From Burkholderiaceae bacterium (lineage in GTDB: Bacteria; Pseudomonadota; Gammaproteobacteria; Burkholderiales; Burkholderiaceae_D), in assembly GCA_018262475.1 (NCBI GenBank), contig JAGSYW010000001.1, positions 1 through 45,478 of the forward strand: 45,478 nucleotides of DNA, in the 5' to 3' direction. The position numbers and the translations under genes were made by a program. The stretch's first letter is position 1. Each line of letters begins with the position of its first letter. Positions 17,368 through 26,913 of the stretch are shown here, piece by piece. The notes beneath the pieces were generated by a model. The model was not told the DNA's origin, did no database searches, and was given only the letters and a program-made list of their open reading frames with translations.

Positions 17368-17835
17368 ATGGAAAATATTTATCTGGAAGCCCGCCAGTCG
17401 AACATCGAAGGCACAGGCTGTTTCGCGCGGCGGCATATTCCCGCCGGCACGCGCATCATCGAATATCTGGGCCAGCGTATTCCTCCTTCGATAGTCGAAG
17501 AGCGCAGCCAGGTTGAAGTCGACGATACGGGCGAAATCATCAAGGAATCGCACGTCTACATGTTTTACGTCGACTGGCGCACCACCATCGACGGCGCAGT
17601 CAACGGCAACGACGCGCGCTTCATCAACCACTCATGCAACCCCAACTGCAAATCAACGGTTGAAGACCGGCGCGTGTTCATTGATGCGCTGCGCGACATC
17701 GAACCAGGCGAAGAACTGACTTTCGATTACAAGCTGGAAGTGACCGCATCAACCGAAGCAAAAAAACGCTATGCCTGCCGCTGTGGCGCACCCAATTGCC
17801 GTGGCACGATGCTGGCGCCTCCGAAGAAAAAGTGA
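17368..17835 (+). CDS. SET-domain protein (putative lysine N-methyltransferase)
   Basis: 155 aa with RFINHSCNPNC, ELTFDY and a C-terminal Cys cluster CRCGAPNCRG (post-SET-like). Confidence 0.85.
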   Translation: MENIYLEARQSNIEGTGCFARRHIPAGTRIIEYLGQRIPPSIVEERSQVEVDDTGEIIKESHVYMFYVDWRTTIDGAVNGNDARFINHSCNPNCKSTVEDRRVFIDALRDIEPGEELTFDYKLEVTASTEAKKRYACRCGAPNCRGTMLAPPKKK

Positions 17836-18002
17836 GGCCTTGCCGCTAAAAGTAAGGCTCTTTAAAACCGTGAATGGTCGCTCACCCCCGCGCAGGCAAA
17901 ACGTACCGATTTCCAAAGCGCTCTGAAACAAGCAGATATCCAAATCGGCCCCTGAAAGCCAGTGTAGAATCTACAGCATTCCAACCATTGAAAGGTTTGA
18001 CC

Positions 18003-18290
18003 ATGTCTTACACACCTGAACTGCTAGATGAACTGAATGTATTGATTCGCTTCGACTTAATGACCAATCAACAAGGCATCAAAGTTCACACCAACACGGC
18101 CGACGCCAAGGTGATTTCTGCCACTCGTCGTCTGTACGACAAAGGGCTGGTTACGCAGCCAGATGGTGGCTATCTGACCAGTCTGGGGCGCAACGCTGCC
18201 GTCCATGTGCACGCTGCGTTGACCTTGCTAACCGAGGGCAGTGCAAATCTTTCTGCTACGCCTAAAGATGAAGTTGCAATTTCTACCTAA
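18003..18290 (+). CDS. Small conserved protein resembling the TIGR02647 family
   Basis: Internal ATG at 18003. MSYTPELLDELNVLIRFDL...KGLVTQPDGGYLTSLGRNAA matches my memory of TIGR02647 proteins (xPDGGYLTSLGR). Confidence 0.6.
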   Translation: MSYTPELLDELNVLIRFDLMTNQQGIKVHTNTADAKVISATRRLYDKGLVTQPDGGYLTSLGRNAAVHVHAALTLLTEGSANLSATPKDEVAIST

Positions 18291-18628
18291 TAAGAAATTG
18301 TCAGGGCGGACAGACGATGCCAAGTCTTACATCTTTCAGTCACGCCTACCGCATCAAATCCACCATACGCGAGCATATCGACATCCTGGTATGCGTCGGC
18401 CACCACAGTAGGCGCCCGCTCTGCCAAAACCGTCACGCGTACTTTGCCAGATTTCACACCATCAACACAAACTGCACCGTTTCTGCGCGCTCGCGAAATG
18501 CGTGGCGCAATGTATGCGCGTCGGGGCGATGTGAGCCTGAACGCTTGAATCTAATCCAAATCACGCCGCACAGCACAACGATCTGCGCCTTATGGCTCAA
18601 TGCACGTCAAACGCTCGCGGAAAATCAT

Positions 18629-18743
18629 GGGGTATATAGCCAAAACACCACTTTGGGCCACGGATTTTCTGGATATTTATAAATACTGCCTAGTGTATAT
18701 TTTTTGGCCTTACTGACCAAAAAATCATTTAAGTCAGTTATTT
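18629..18743 (+). repeat. Dispersed ~115-nt repeat, copy 3
   Basis: GGGGTATATAGCCAAAACACCACTTTGGGCCACGGATTTTCTGGATATTTATAAATACTGCCTAGTGTATATTTTTTGGCCTTACTGACCAAAAAATCATTTAAGTCAGTTATTT. Confidence 0.8.
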
Positions 18744-18812
18744 GGGGGTGGCGGACAGAACATGGTTCACGCTTGTTCGCGCTTCCGCACATCAATTACG
18801 TTCTATCCCCGA

Positions 18813-19220
18813 TTATTTTTTGTCACCAGCATTTCCACGAATAACAATCATAACCATAAGAATGATTCCATAAATAAACCCGTCAAACAAAATACCACCA
18901 AGTATCCTTTCGCCTGTAACAACGCGATGCACCATAAATGTAGTTGTTACACCAAACACCAACACAACGGATATGTATTGCAACACTATTATTGCAACGC
19001 CCTGTTTTAATATTAACCAAATAATTGCAGGAAACAAGAAGACCCATCCGTTCCACGGAAATATTATTGTTAATGCAAAATTAGCTATATCCGTTAATAA
19101 CTGAAATGGATTTTTAGGAATAATTAGATACAACTTAATATGCGCATACTCAAAATATGTTGCAATTACAACAGCCAATGCCTGTGATAATAAGCATAAA
19201 TATTGTTTTGCATGCTTCAT
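18813..19220 (-). CDS. Hypothetical multi-TM membrane protein in an AT-rich islet
   Basis: 135-aa ORF with about 4 hydrophobic helices. ATG start but no clear SD motif. The local sequence is much more AT-rich than its flanks by eye. Confidence 0.45.
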   Translation of the reverse strand: MKHAKQYLCLLSQALAVVIATYFEYAHIKLYLIIPKNPFQLLTDIANFALTIIFPWNGWVFLFPAIIWLILKQGVAIIVLQYISVVLVFGVTTTFMVHRVVTGERILGGILFDGFIYGIILMVMIVIRGNAGDKK

Positions 19221-19271
19221 ATTTTTTCTAAAATAATCTGGATTAATTGAGATGAGGCCACAATTCCGCCC

Positions 19272-19634
19272 TTACTTTTCCAGCGCAGCCTTTGCTACTG
19301 CCCGAGCGTGAATGGCGGTCGTGTCGAATAGCGGAACAGCAGCGTCTTGTTGGCTCACCAACATGAATATTTCCGTACACCCCAAAATGATCGCCTGTGC
19401 TGCGAGATTCGCCATGATTTTCCTGTATGCGATTCGAGATTCCGGCAACACAAGGCCAAGACATAATTCTTCGTAAATGATGCGGTGGATGATGCCGCGC
19501 TCATCCTCAATCGGAACAACCACCTTCAATCCGCGACGCTCGCTCAATCGAGCACGATAAAAAGCCTGCTCCATCGTAAAATGACAACTTATCTTGTTTG
19601 GGTACTCGCCAGAAAGGACATTTCCTTTGCCCAC
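19272..19634 (-). pseudogene. 5'-truncated aspartate/glutamate racemase-family gene (YgeA-like), C-terminal ~100 codons only
   Basis: HFTMEQAFYRARLSE...IIYEELCLG...ILGCTEIFMLV...PLFDTTAIHA aligns with roughly residues 126-230 of E. coli YgeA as I remember it. The N-terminal half, including the first catalytic Cys region, is missing, and its place is taken by the 3' end of the neighbouring gene. Confidence 0.7.
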
Positions 19635-20356
19635 CGCGTATATTGAAGATGATATTCAGCAAGCTCCTTTGATTCTGCTGTCTTTTCGATGTACATGTTC
19701 AAAACCGACAATTGCTGTTCAGCGATGCCTTGTGCGTCTGGATTGCGTGTTGCGGTCAGGAAGGACGAAAGGCTGGTGATAACCTGCCCGCCTTTCCGGT
19801 CGATAGAGGCTTTGGCCAGGGAGCCGGTGATCAAGGGCGTATACCTGAGCATATAGGTGGCATAGGTGCGCATGGTCGGCACCTGCGTTCTTAACGCTGC
19901 CAGCTCACGGTCAAAGTCTTCGCGCCAAACCACTTTTTTATGGCTAAAAACGACCGGCGCTGTGGGGGTTGTGTTGCACGCCCAGCCTGCCCGAGGCGAT
20001 AGCGTTTCCGCCTGATACTGTTCTTCCCTATATGGATAAAATGGCATCGTACGGCAACGTAGCGGCTTGTTTGCATGAATTCCGCACAAATTGTTTGCGG
20101 CGAGCGCCGGACAGGGAAATGTCGGCGGAATGTATGCGGTTGGTACGATAAGTGCTGCCAGATCTTTCCCGTTCGGCATTTTGATCGTGGCGCCCAGACT
20201 GGCAACCATTGGGTAATCCTTGCTGCCTTGCCGTAGTGGTGTCCATGCAAAAGCTAGCGGAAACAGCTTTGCGTATGCAAAGGCGTCTTCCAGAGTCAGC
20301 GGCAACTGCCCGTAGCAGCACTTCCCGCAGGCAGTACATTCAAAATGACGATCCAT
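19589..20356 (-). CDS. YkgJ-family (UPF0153, CxxCxxCC) cysteine-cluster protein with a long C-terminal extension
   Basis: Start MDRHFECTACGKCCYG...CPALAANNLCGIHANKPLRCRTMPF. The ATG at 20354-20356 lies 2 nt after the ychJ stop. Confidence 0.7.
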   Translation of the reverse strand: MDRHFECTACGKCCYGQLPLTLEDAFAYAKLFPLAFAWTPLRQGSKDYPMVASLGATIKMPNGKDLAALIVPTAYIPPTFPCPALAANNLCGIHANKPLRCRTMPFYPYREEQYQAETLSPRAGWACNTTPTAPVVFSHKKVVWREDFDRELAALRTQVPTMRTYATYMLRYTPLITGSLAKASIDRKGGQVITSLSSFLTATRNPDAQGIAEQQLSVLNMYIEKTAESKELAEYHLQYTRWAKEMSFLASTQTR

Positions 20357-20358
20357 TG

Positions 20359-20847
20359 CTAGTTCTGGACGGCAGCTGTACCGCAGCACTGCTTGGATTT
20401 TTTTCCAGATCCGCAGGGGCAAGGATCATTGCGCCCGACTTTTATTACCCGGCGCTGTGTGATGGCGGGGCCTATCTCACCGTTCACGTAAAGCCAGAGA
20501 CCATTTTCGCGACGGAATGTTGCGACTTCGGCTTGCGCCATTTCTTGGTTGTCACGCTTGAATCGGATGACAAAATCGACTTCAGCTGTATCGCCGTTTT
20601 CAGTGGAGCGGCGAATGTCGAGTCCATGCCACTCGCACTCTTCGGCCAGTCGTTCGGCTTCTGCACGATTGAAATCGAGTTGAATTTCAGGGGCATGAGT
20701 ACGTGCCACATGATCAAGCGCACCGGTAACGAATGCCGTGTAACGCGATCGCATCAGCATTTCGGCGGTGGGTGCCGGATCACCCGCAATGATGGGGCCG
20801 CAGCATTGAGCGAAATTTCGTGTTGAGCCACATGGACATAGTTTCAT
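20359..20847 (-). CDS. ychJ: YchJ-family (UPF0225) protein with SEC-C motifs at both ends
   Basis: Internal ATG at 20845-20847. [17 protein letters not shown] at the N-terminus and [17 protein letters not shown] at the C-terminus. Confidence 0.8.
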   Translation of the reverse strand: MKLCPCGSTRNFAQCCGPIIAGDPAPTAEMLMRSRYTAFVTGALDHVARTHAPEIQLDFNRAEAERLAEECEWHGLDIRRSTENGDTAEVDFVIRFKRDNQEMAQAEVATFRRENGLWLYVNGEIGPAITQRRVIKVGRNDPCPCGSGKKSKQCCGTAAVQN

Positions 20848-21067
20848 CGACTGTTTTCTTTTTTTATGGTGGCGCAACAGCGCCTCTGGCAGATTGGATT
20901 GAAGAAGGCGAATCGGCAAGGTTGCAGAGTTGCCTGTAATGGATGAAGCGTTATAGGGAACAGACCACAACCCCCGCAAAAACCGCCCCCATACCTTGCC
21001 AGACTATCATGGGGCTTCGCCACCTTCAATGCACACCATCAACATCCATCGAATATTTGACTCCACA

Positions 21068-21113
21068 AATAATCAACGGGGCAGGAACCAATTGTGGTTG
21101 CCCCCCGATTATT
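21068..21113 (-). terminator. Long imperfect hairpin just downstream of the diguanylate cyclase gene
   Basis: AATAATC..GGGGCA-loop-TGCCCC..GATTATT. On the minus strand it is followed by TGTGG/T-rich sequence. Confidence 0.4.
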
Positions 21114-21149
21114 CGATTTGTATTTGGATTATTTTGTATTTTGTGTGAG

Positions 21150-22517
21150 CTAAAGAATTTGAATGCGGTTGCGTCCTTCCGATTTGGCTCGGTACAACGC
21201 CTGATCGGCGCGATCCAGCGTTTCCTCAAATGTTGCATCCTCACCGGTCATCTGAGTCACCCCTAAACTGATGGTGTAATTCAACTCGCCTTGGTCCGTA
21301 GGCACACTGGCGGTCTCGATCTTCTGACGCAAACGCTCAGCAAACAGCATCCCCTGCTCGACACTCGTCTCCGGCAACAGTACGACAAATTCCTCGCCCC
21401 CCAGTCGCCCTGAGTAATCGCTTTCGCGCAAGGTCCCCGCCACCAGTTTGGCCAAATGCCGCAGCACCTTGTCGCCAACGCAGTGTCCGTAAGTATCATT
21501 CACGCGCTTGAAGCGGTCGACATCAAGAATGAACAGCACCGCCATGCCTGCCTTGTTGCGTTTGATGCGCGCCAATTCGGCTGATGCACGCGTAATGAAA
21601 TAACGCCGGTTTGACAGGCCGGTCAACCAATCCGTGGTCGCCTGCTGCCGCAATTCATCCTCCATGCGCTTGCGGTCGGCAATGTCGTTTTTGATGCCTA
21701 CATAATGGTGCACATTTCCAGAAGCATCCTTGACTGGAGATATCATCATCTCTTCGAAACTCAAGCTGCGATCCTTGCGGCAATTCACAATATCACCGCG
21801 CCAGACATTACCGGCTGTCAGTATCTGCCACATCTGCTGGTAAAACGCATCGTCATGCCGTCCAGATTTAAGCATGCGCGGATTCTGGCCGACCAATTCA
21901 TCGCGCGAGTAACCGGTCAAGGCAGAAAATGCGGGGTTGACCCATTCGATATTCGCATCAAGATCGGTAATCACCACCGGACTGTTTTCCAGTGCTGAAA
22001 CCAGCCACTCTTTGCGCGACTCCAGTTCCTTACGTTCGTCAATATCAATGGCGTAACCATGCCATAACACACTGCCGTCAGGTAACCGTTCCGGCATTGC
22101 GCTTTCTTCGCGCCAATGAACACTTTCATCATGAAATACGATGCGATATTCGGCATGCCACTTACTCAAGTTCTGTCCGGATTCCAGAAGCCTGGAACGG
22201 TAGATTGCAGCATCTTCAGGATGCAAACGCCCAAAAAAATTCTCGGCATTCTCATCCATTTCCTGCGGCGTTAGATCAAACAATTGATTGGCGGTGTTTG
22301 AAGCATAAGGAAAGTGTGAACTGCCGTCAGGGCGCAAGCGATACTGGTATAAAACGCCAGGAAAATGCCATGGAAATTGGGATAACATTGACTGTTCCGA
22401 CATCTCGGAAATCGCTGATTCCTGCGCCACGTCACTGCCCCTCATGCGCGCGCCCCCCCAGGCAATCAATACAATAGGGAGTGCGACACAGACAATAATG
22501 ATGAGTACGTCAGGCAT
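21150..22517 (-). CDS. Membrane-anchored PAS-PAS-GGDEF diguanylate cyclase (intact GGEEF and RxxD)
   Basis: N-terminal TM helix, two PAS-like regions, DWLTGLSNRR...RESDYSGRLGGEEFVVLL. The track start is TTG, and I prefer the ATG at 22515-22517. Confidence 0.9.
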   Translation of the reverse strand: MPDVLIIIVCVALPIVLIAWGGARMRGSDVAQESAISEMSEQSMLSQFPWHFPGVLYQYRLRPDGSSHFPYASNTANQLFDLTPQEMDENAENFFGRLHPEDAAIYRSRLLESGQNLSKWHAEYRIVFHDESVHWREESAMPERLPDGSVLWHGYAIDIDERKELESRKEWLVSALENSPVVITDLDANIEWVNPAFSALTGYSRDELVGQNPRMLKSGRHDDAFYQQMWQILTAGNVWRGDIVNCRKDRSLSFEEMMISPVKDASGNVHHYVGIKNDIADRKRMEDELRQQATTDWLTGLSNRRYFITRASAELARIKRNKAGMAVLFILDVDRFKRVNDTYGHCVGDKVLRHLAKLVAGTLRESDYSGRLGGEEFVVLLPETSVEQGMLFAERLRQKIETASVPTDQGELNYTISLGVTQMTGEDATFEETLDRADQALYRAKSEGRNRIQIL

Positions 22518-22688
22518 GATGCGGATCTCCAGCAATGGGCATTACCATATCGCCCCTCAAGTGTAAGGGAGCATGCCTTCGTCATGCCTGAATAATCAGC
22601 AAAGTTTTGCCTTTGCGCAAAACCGAGCCTATCCACAAAAAGTGAACAGATAAACGCCAATACTCATTGATTTCAACACCAACAAACG

Positions 22689-22726
22689 GAGAAATCAGCG
22701 CGAACCGATTTCTCCGATTACAGTTA
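22689..22726 (-). terminator. Intrinsic terminator of clpB
   Basis: On the minus strand, CGGAGAAATC-N10-GATTTCTCCG is followed by TTTGTTGG. Confidence 0.7.
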
Positions 22727-22742
22727 CCAAAAAAACGACTTC

Positions 22743-25346
22743 TTAACCGGCTCGCTTCTCAAACGTCAATTCGCCGCCCTTCACTCCCACCACCACCGTA
22801 TCCTTCGGCCCCAGCTTGCCTTCCAGAATCAGGCGCGAAATCGGGTTTTCGATTTGCTGCTGGATGGCGCGCTTCAGCGGTCTCGCGCCATAGACCGGAT
22901 CGAACCCAGCTTCGGCGATCTTTTGCAGCGCGATGTCGGAAATTTCCAGCGCCATTTCCATCTTCGCCAGCCGCTGTTCCAGAATCTTCAATTGCACCTT
23001 GGCAATCGCGCCGATGTTCTTTTCATCCAGCGCATGGAATACCACGATCTCGTCGATGCGGTTGATGAATTCCGGCCGGAAATGCGTTTTCACTTCGGCC
23101 AGCACTGCCAGCTTGACCACCGCCGGTTCGCTGCCCTGCATCGACTGAATCATGTGCGAGCCGAGGTTCGAGGTCATCACGATCACGGTGTTCTTGAAAT
23201 CCACCGTGCGCCCCTGCCCGTCGGTCATGCGGCCATCGTCCAGCACTTGCAGCAGCACGTTGAACACGTCCGGGTGCGCCTTTTCGATTTCGTCCAGCAG
23301 GATCACTGAATACGGCTTCCGGCGCACCGCTTCCGTCAGGTAGCCGCCTTCTTCGTAGCCGACATAGCCCGGCGGCGCGCCAATCAGCCGCGCCACCGAA
23401 TGCTTCTCCATGAATTCGCTCATGTCGATGCGGATCAGCGCTTCTTCGGTGTCGAACAGGAAGCTGGCCAACGCCTTGCATAATTCGGTCTTGCCCACGC
23501 CAGTCGGGCCAAGGAACATGAACGAGCCGTAAGGCCGACCCGGATCGCCCAGGCCAGCGCGCGAACGGCGAATCGCTTCCGATACCGCCACCACCGCTTC
23601 ATGCTGACCAACTACGCGCTTGTGCAGTTCGTCTTCCATCTGCAGCAGTTTGGCGCGCTCGCCCTGCATCATTTTCGATACCGGAATGCCGGTCGCACGC
23701 GACACCACTTCGGCGATTTCTTCTGCCCCGACCTGCGTGCGCAGCAGCTTCGGCTTGCCCGCCTGTTCGCCGCCCTCTGCCTGCGCATCCTTCCTGCTCT
23801 GGATTTCCAGCGCCTTTTCCAGTTCCGGCAGCTTGCCGTACATCAGCTCGGACATTTTCTGGTAATCGCCCTTGCGCTTGGCTTCCTCGACCTGCTGCCG
23901 CACGCGGTCAATCTCTTCCTTGATGTGCTTGGTGCCTTCAACGCCAGCCTTTTCCGCCTTCAGGATTTCCTCGTAATCCGCATATTCGCGTTCCAGCTTG
24001 CCGATTTCTTCTTCGATCAACGACAGCCGCTTTTGCGAGGCTTCGTCGGTTTCCTTTTTCATCGCTTCGCGCTCGATTTTGAGCTGGATCAGCCGGCGTT
24101 CCAGCCGATCCATCACTTCCGGCTTGGAATCGATCTCGATCTTGATTTTCGACGCGGCTTCATCGATCAGATCGATCGCCTTGTCTGGCAGAAAGCGGTC
24201 GGTGATGTAACGGTGCGACAGTTCGGCCGCGGCAATGATCGCCGGGTCGGTAATATCGACGCCGTGGTGCACTTCGTATTTTTCCTGCAGGCCGCGCAGG
24301 ATGGCCACCGTATCCTCCACGCTCGGCTCATCCACCATCACCTTCTGGAAACGCCGTTCCAGCGCCGCATCCTTTTCCACGTACTTGCGGTATTCGTCCA
24401 GCGTGGTCGCACCGACGCAATGCAGTTCACCGCGCGCCAGCGCCGGCTTAAGCATGTTGCCCGCATCCATCGCGCCTTCGGCCTTGCCCGCGCCAACCAT
24501 GGTGTGAATTTCGTCGATAAACACGATGTTCTGGCCTTCGTCCTGCGCCAGTTCCTTCAGCACCGCCTTCAGCCGTTCCTCGAATTCGCCGCGGTATTTC
24601 GCCCCAGCCAACAACGCCGCCATGTCGAGCGACAGCACGCGCTTGCCCTTCAGGCTGTCCGGTACTTCACCATTCACGATGCGTTGCGCCAACCCTTCGA
24701 CGATCGCGGTTTTGCCCACGCCCGGCTCGCCGATCAATACCGGGTTATTCTTCGAGCGGCGTTGCAAAATCTGGATGGCCCGGCGGATTTCTTCGTCGCG
24801 GCCGATCACCGGATCGAGCTTGCCGCTCCTGGCGCGCTCGGTCAGGTCGAGCGTGTATTTCTTCAGCGATTCCCGTTGGCTCTCGGCATCGGCCGAACTC
24901 ACATTCGCGCCACCGCGCACGGCATCAATCGCCGCTTCCAGCGCCTTCCGCGTCAGGCCGCTTTCCTTTGCCAGCCGACCAGCTTCGGATTTGTCCTCGG
25001 TCAGCGCCAGCAGGATCATTTCGCTCGCCAGGAACTCGTCGCCGCGCTTTTGCGATTCCTTGTCTGCCAAATTCAGCAGCGCCATCAGCTCGCGCCCGAC
25101 CTGCACATCGCCGCCGGTGCCACTCACCTTCGGCATGCGATCGAACGCGGTTTTCAACGCCGCCGCTAGCCCGCCCACATTCACGCCGGCACGCTGCAGC
25201 AGCGAACGCGCGCCGCCGTCGTCCTGCTGCAACAGAGCCGCCAGCAGATGCACCGGCTCAATGTACTGGTTGTCGTTGCCGACCGCCAGACTGCGCGCAT
25301 CCGAAATTGCTTCCTGCAACTTTGTGGTCAATTTGTCTTGCCGCAT
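22743..25346 (-). CDS. clpB: Chaperone/disaggregase ClpB
   Basis: 867 aa with two AAA+ modules (GEPGVGKT and GPTGVGKT Walker A motifs) and the long coiled-coil middle domain. Confidence 0.97.
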   Translation of the reverse strand: MRQDKLTTKLQEAISDARSLAVGNDNQYIEPVHLLAALLQQDDGGARSLLQRAGVNVGGLAAALKTAFDRMPKVSGTGGDVQVGRELMALLNLADKESQKRGDEFLASEMILLALTEDKSEAGRLAKESGLTRKALEAAIDAVRGGANVSSADAESQRESLKKYTLDLTERARSGKLDPVIGRDEEIRRAIQILQRRSKNNPVLIGEPGVGKTAIVEGLAQRIVNGEVPDSLKGKRVLSLDMAALLAGAKYRGEFEERLKAVLKELAQDEGQNIVFIDEIHTMVGAGKAEGAMDAGNMLKPALARGELHCVGATTLDEYRKYVEKDAALERRFQKVMVDEPSVEDTVAILRGLQEKYEVHHGVDITDPAIIAAAELSHRYITDRFLPDKAIDLIDEAASKIKIEIDSKPEVMDRLERRLIQLKIEREAMKKETDEASQKRLSLIEEEIGKLEREYADYEEILKAEKAGVEGTKHIKEEIDRVRQQVEEAKRKGDYQKMSELMYGKLPELEKALEIQSRKDAQAEGGEQAGKPKLLRTQVGAEEIAEVVSRATGIPVSKMMQGERAKLLQMEDELHKRVVGQHEAVVAVSEAIRRSRAGLGDPGRPYGSFMFLGPTGVGKTELCKALASFLFDTEEALIRIDMSEFMEKHSVARLIGAPPGYVGYEEGGYLTEAVRRKPYSVILLDEIEKAHPDVFNVLLQVLDDGRMTDGQGRTVDFKNTVIVMTSNLGSHMIQSMQGSEPAVVKLAVLAEVKTHFRPEFINRIDEIVVFHALDEKNIGAIAKVQLKILEQRLAKMEMALEISDIALQKIAEAGFDPVYGARPLKRAIQQQIENPISRLILEGKLGPKDTVVVGVKGGELTFEKRAG

Positions 25347-25380
25347 CGTTCATGCTCCTGATAAATTCTGAATGATCCGA

Positions 25381-25409
25381 CTATTGGGTCGGGCAGCCGT
25401 GTTTTCAAG
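25381..25409 (-). promoter_or_regulatory. Sigma-32 (RpoH)-type heat-shock promoter upstream of clpB
   Basis: The minus strand reads CTTGAAA-N14-CCCAATAG, close to the CTTGAAA-N13-15-CCCCATnT consensus, about 35 nt upstream of the clpB ATG. Confidence 0.55.
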
Positions 25410-25502
25410 CAAAGAATAATCGTCGTGACAAAACGCAACTAGACCTGGATCAAGCAGTGCGAAAATCATCCGGTTTTTCAGCCAGCCCAACTACTGCCAC
25501 GC

Positions 25503-26534
25503 ATGAGAAATAGACTGCCTTCCCTGCTCCTGACCTGCCTGCTGTATGCCTGCAGCGCGAATGTGCTGGCCAACATCATGCTGTATGGCAACCTTGATAT
25601 GGGCTACATGAAATGGAGCGGCAACAAGCTGCGGATGGAAGAAAGGTCGAGCAGCCGGATCGGTTTGGAGGGCGAAGAAAACCTCGGCGGCGGCACAAAA
25701 ACGATTTTCCAGCTCGAACAGCGTTTTACCGCCTACGACGGCATTGCACCAACCTCCTATGCGTTTCAGGGCGGCTCGAATGTCGGCCTGGCCGGCCATT
25801 TCGGCAAGCTGCGTTTCGGCCGCATCAACCAGATGGTGACCGAAACGATGTGGGATTTCGATCCGTGGTACGACGACGGCATCACCACCCATCAGCGCAA
25901 CGTGGTGGCTGGCGGCAACGCACGCATGGGCATAGGCGGGTTGCCTGGCAACGGGCGGCAGGACAATACCGTGCGCTGGGATAGCCCTGCCTTTGGCGCT
26001 TATGCGTTCGGTCTGGCGTATCAGCTCAGCGGCAATGATGAACATCCTTCGAACCAGCACCAAAATGCCGGTTTCAGCCTGTTGGCGAAATACAACCGTG
26101 GACCGACCGCACTGGCGCTGGGATTCCACCGGCGCGCGAATTCAGCCAGTTCGCAATACTGGACGGTGGGTGCCGCGCATGAATTCGGGCCGCTGCGACT
26201 GTCGGCGCTGTACGAACGCGCCATCAGCCGCAAGGAGTGGATTGGCAGCGGCTACACTGATGACCTGCTGGAACGCAATTTCCTGCTCGGCATGATTTAC
26301 CAGCTCGGCCAAGACAGCATCAATGCGTCATACCAGCAGTTGAAAGCGGAAACCGGCGGCGCCAGCATCGGCATCGACCGCAAATATTCGCTCGGTTACG
26401 TTCACTGGCTGAGCAAGCGCACCTCAGCCTACATTGACTGGACCAGAATCCGGCACGGCCAGCAATCCATCTTGTGCGGCAGCGGTTGCGGCACCATTGG
26501 CGGCATCGCCATCGGCATGAATCACCGTTTTTGA
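25503..26534 (+). CDS. Gram-negative general porin (beta-barrel)
   Basis: Signal peptide, alternating beta-strand pattern, and the C-terminal ...GMNHRF with a terminal Phe. Confidence 0.85.
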   Translation: MRNRLPSLLLTCLLYACSANVLANIMLYGNLDMGYMKWSGNKLRMEERSSSRIGLEGEENLGGGTKTIFQLEQRFTAYDGIAPTSYAFQGGSNVGLAGHFGKLRFGRINQMVTETMWDFDPWYDDGITTHQRNVVAGGNARMGIGGLPGNGRQDNTVRWDSPAFGAYAFGLAYQLSGNDEHPSNQHQNAGFSLLAKYNRGPTALALGFHRRANSASSQYWTVGAAHEFGPLRLSALYERAISRKEWIGSGYTDDLLERNFLLGMIYQLGQDSINASYQQLKAETGGASIGIDRKYSLGYVHWLSKRTSAYIDWTRIRHGQQSILCGSGCGTIGGIAIGMNHRF

Positions 26535-26538
26535 GACT

Positions 26539-26913
26539 TCAGGCTGCCAGGTTGCGGTACAGCGCAAATCCGAGAATGCAGCACAGAATCGAGCCTGTCA
26601 GGTGCAGTGCGGAGTGACCAAAGGCCCATAAGTAGTCACCGCGTTGCAGCAACAGCATCGATTCGGCGGAAAAAGTGGAAAATGTCGTCAGCGCGCCCAG
26701 AAAGCCGGTGATCACCATCAGCCGCCATTCTGGCGCAAGCCCTGGATGGCTGTTGAAGAACGCGACCGACAACCCGATGATGAAACCGCCGCCCAGGTTG
26801 GCGACGATGGTGCCGAGCGGCAGGTGGCTATGCACCGGATTCAGCCATACTCCCAACCACCAGCGCAACCACGCTCCAAGCACCGCGCCAACGCCAACGG
26901 CAGCAAAACTCAT
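26539..26913 (-). CDS. crcB: Fluoride channel CrcB/FluC
   Basis: 124 aa, 4 TM helices, GGFIIG and GALTTFSTF motifs. Its ATG overlaps the moaE stop (ATGA). Confidence 0.9.
   Translation of the reverse strand: MSFAAVGVGAVLGAWLRWWLGVWLNPVHSHLPLGTIVANLGGGFIIGLSVAFFNSHPGLAPEWRLMVITGFLGALTTFSTFSAESMLLLQRGDYLWAFGHSALHLTGSILCCILGFALYRNLAA

Noticed and set aside
18317-18682. 121-aa plus-strand ORF after the TIGR02647-like gene.
   Set aside because: The translation is not protein-like (His/Arg/Cys/Thr-rich) and it reads into the dispersed repeat copy. The region is better explained as decayed DNA.
23601-25169. 522-aa plus-strand ORF, along with other long ORFs at 24526-25371, 22854-23309 and 23023-23481.
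   Set aside because: All lie inside or antisense to clpB, whose identity is unambiguous. Their translations are Arg/Leu/Phe/His-rich low-complexity strings with no motifs. These are typical shadow frames.
25491-26129. 212-aa minus-strand ORF opposite the porin gene.
   Set aside because: The plus-strand frame gives a textbook porin (signal peptide, beta-strand periodicity, C-terminal Phe). The antisense frame has no motifs.
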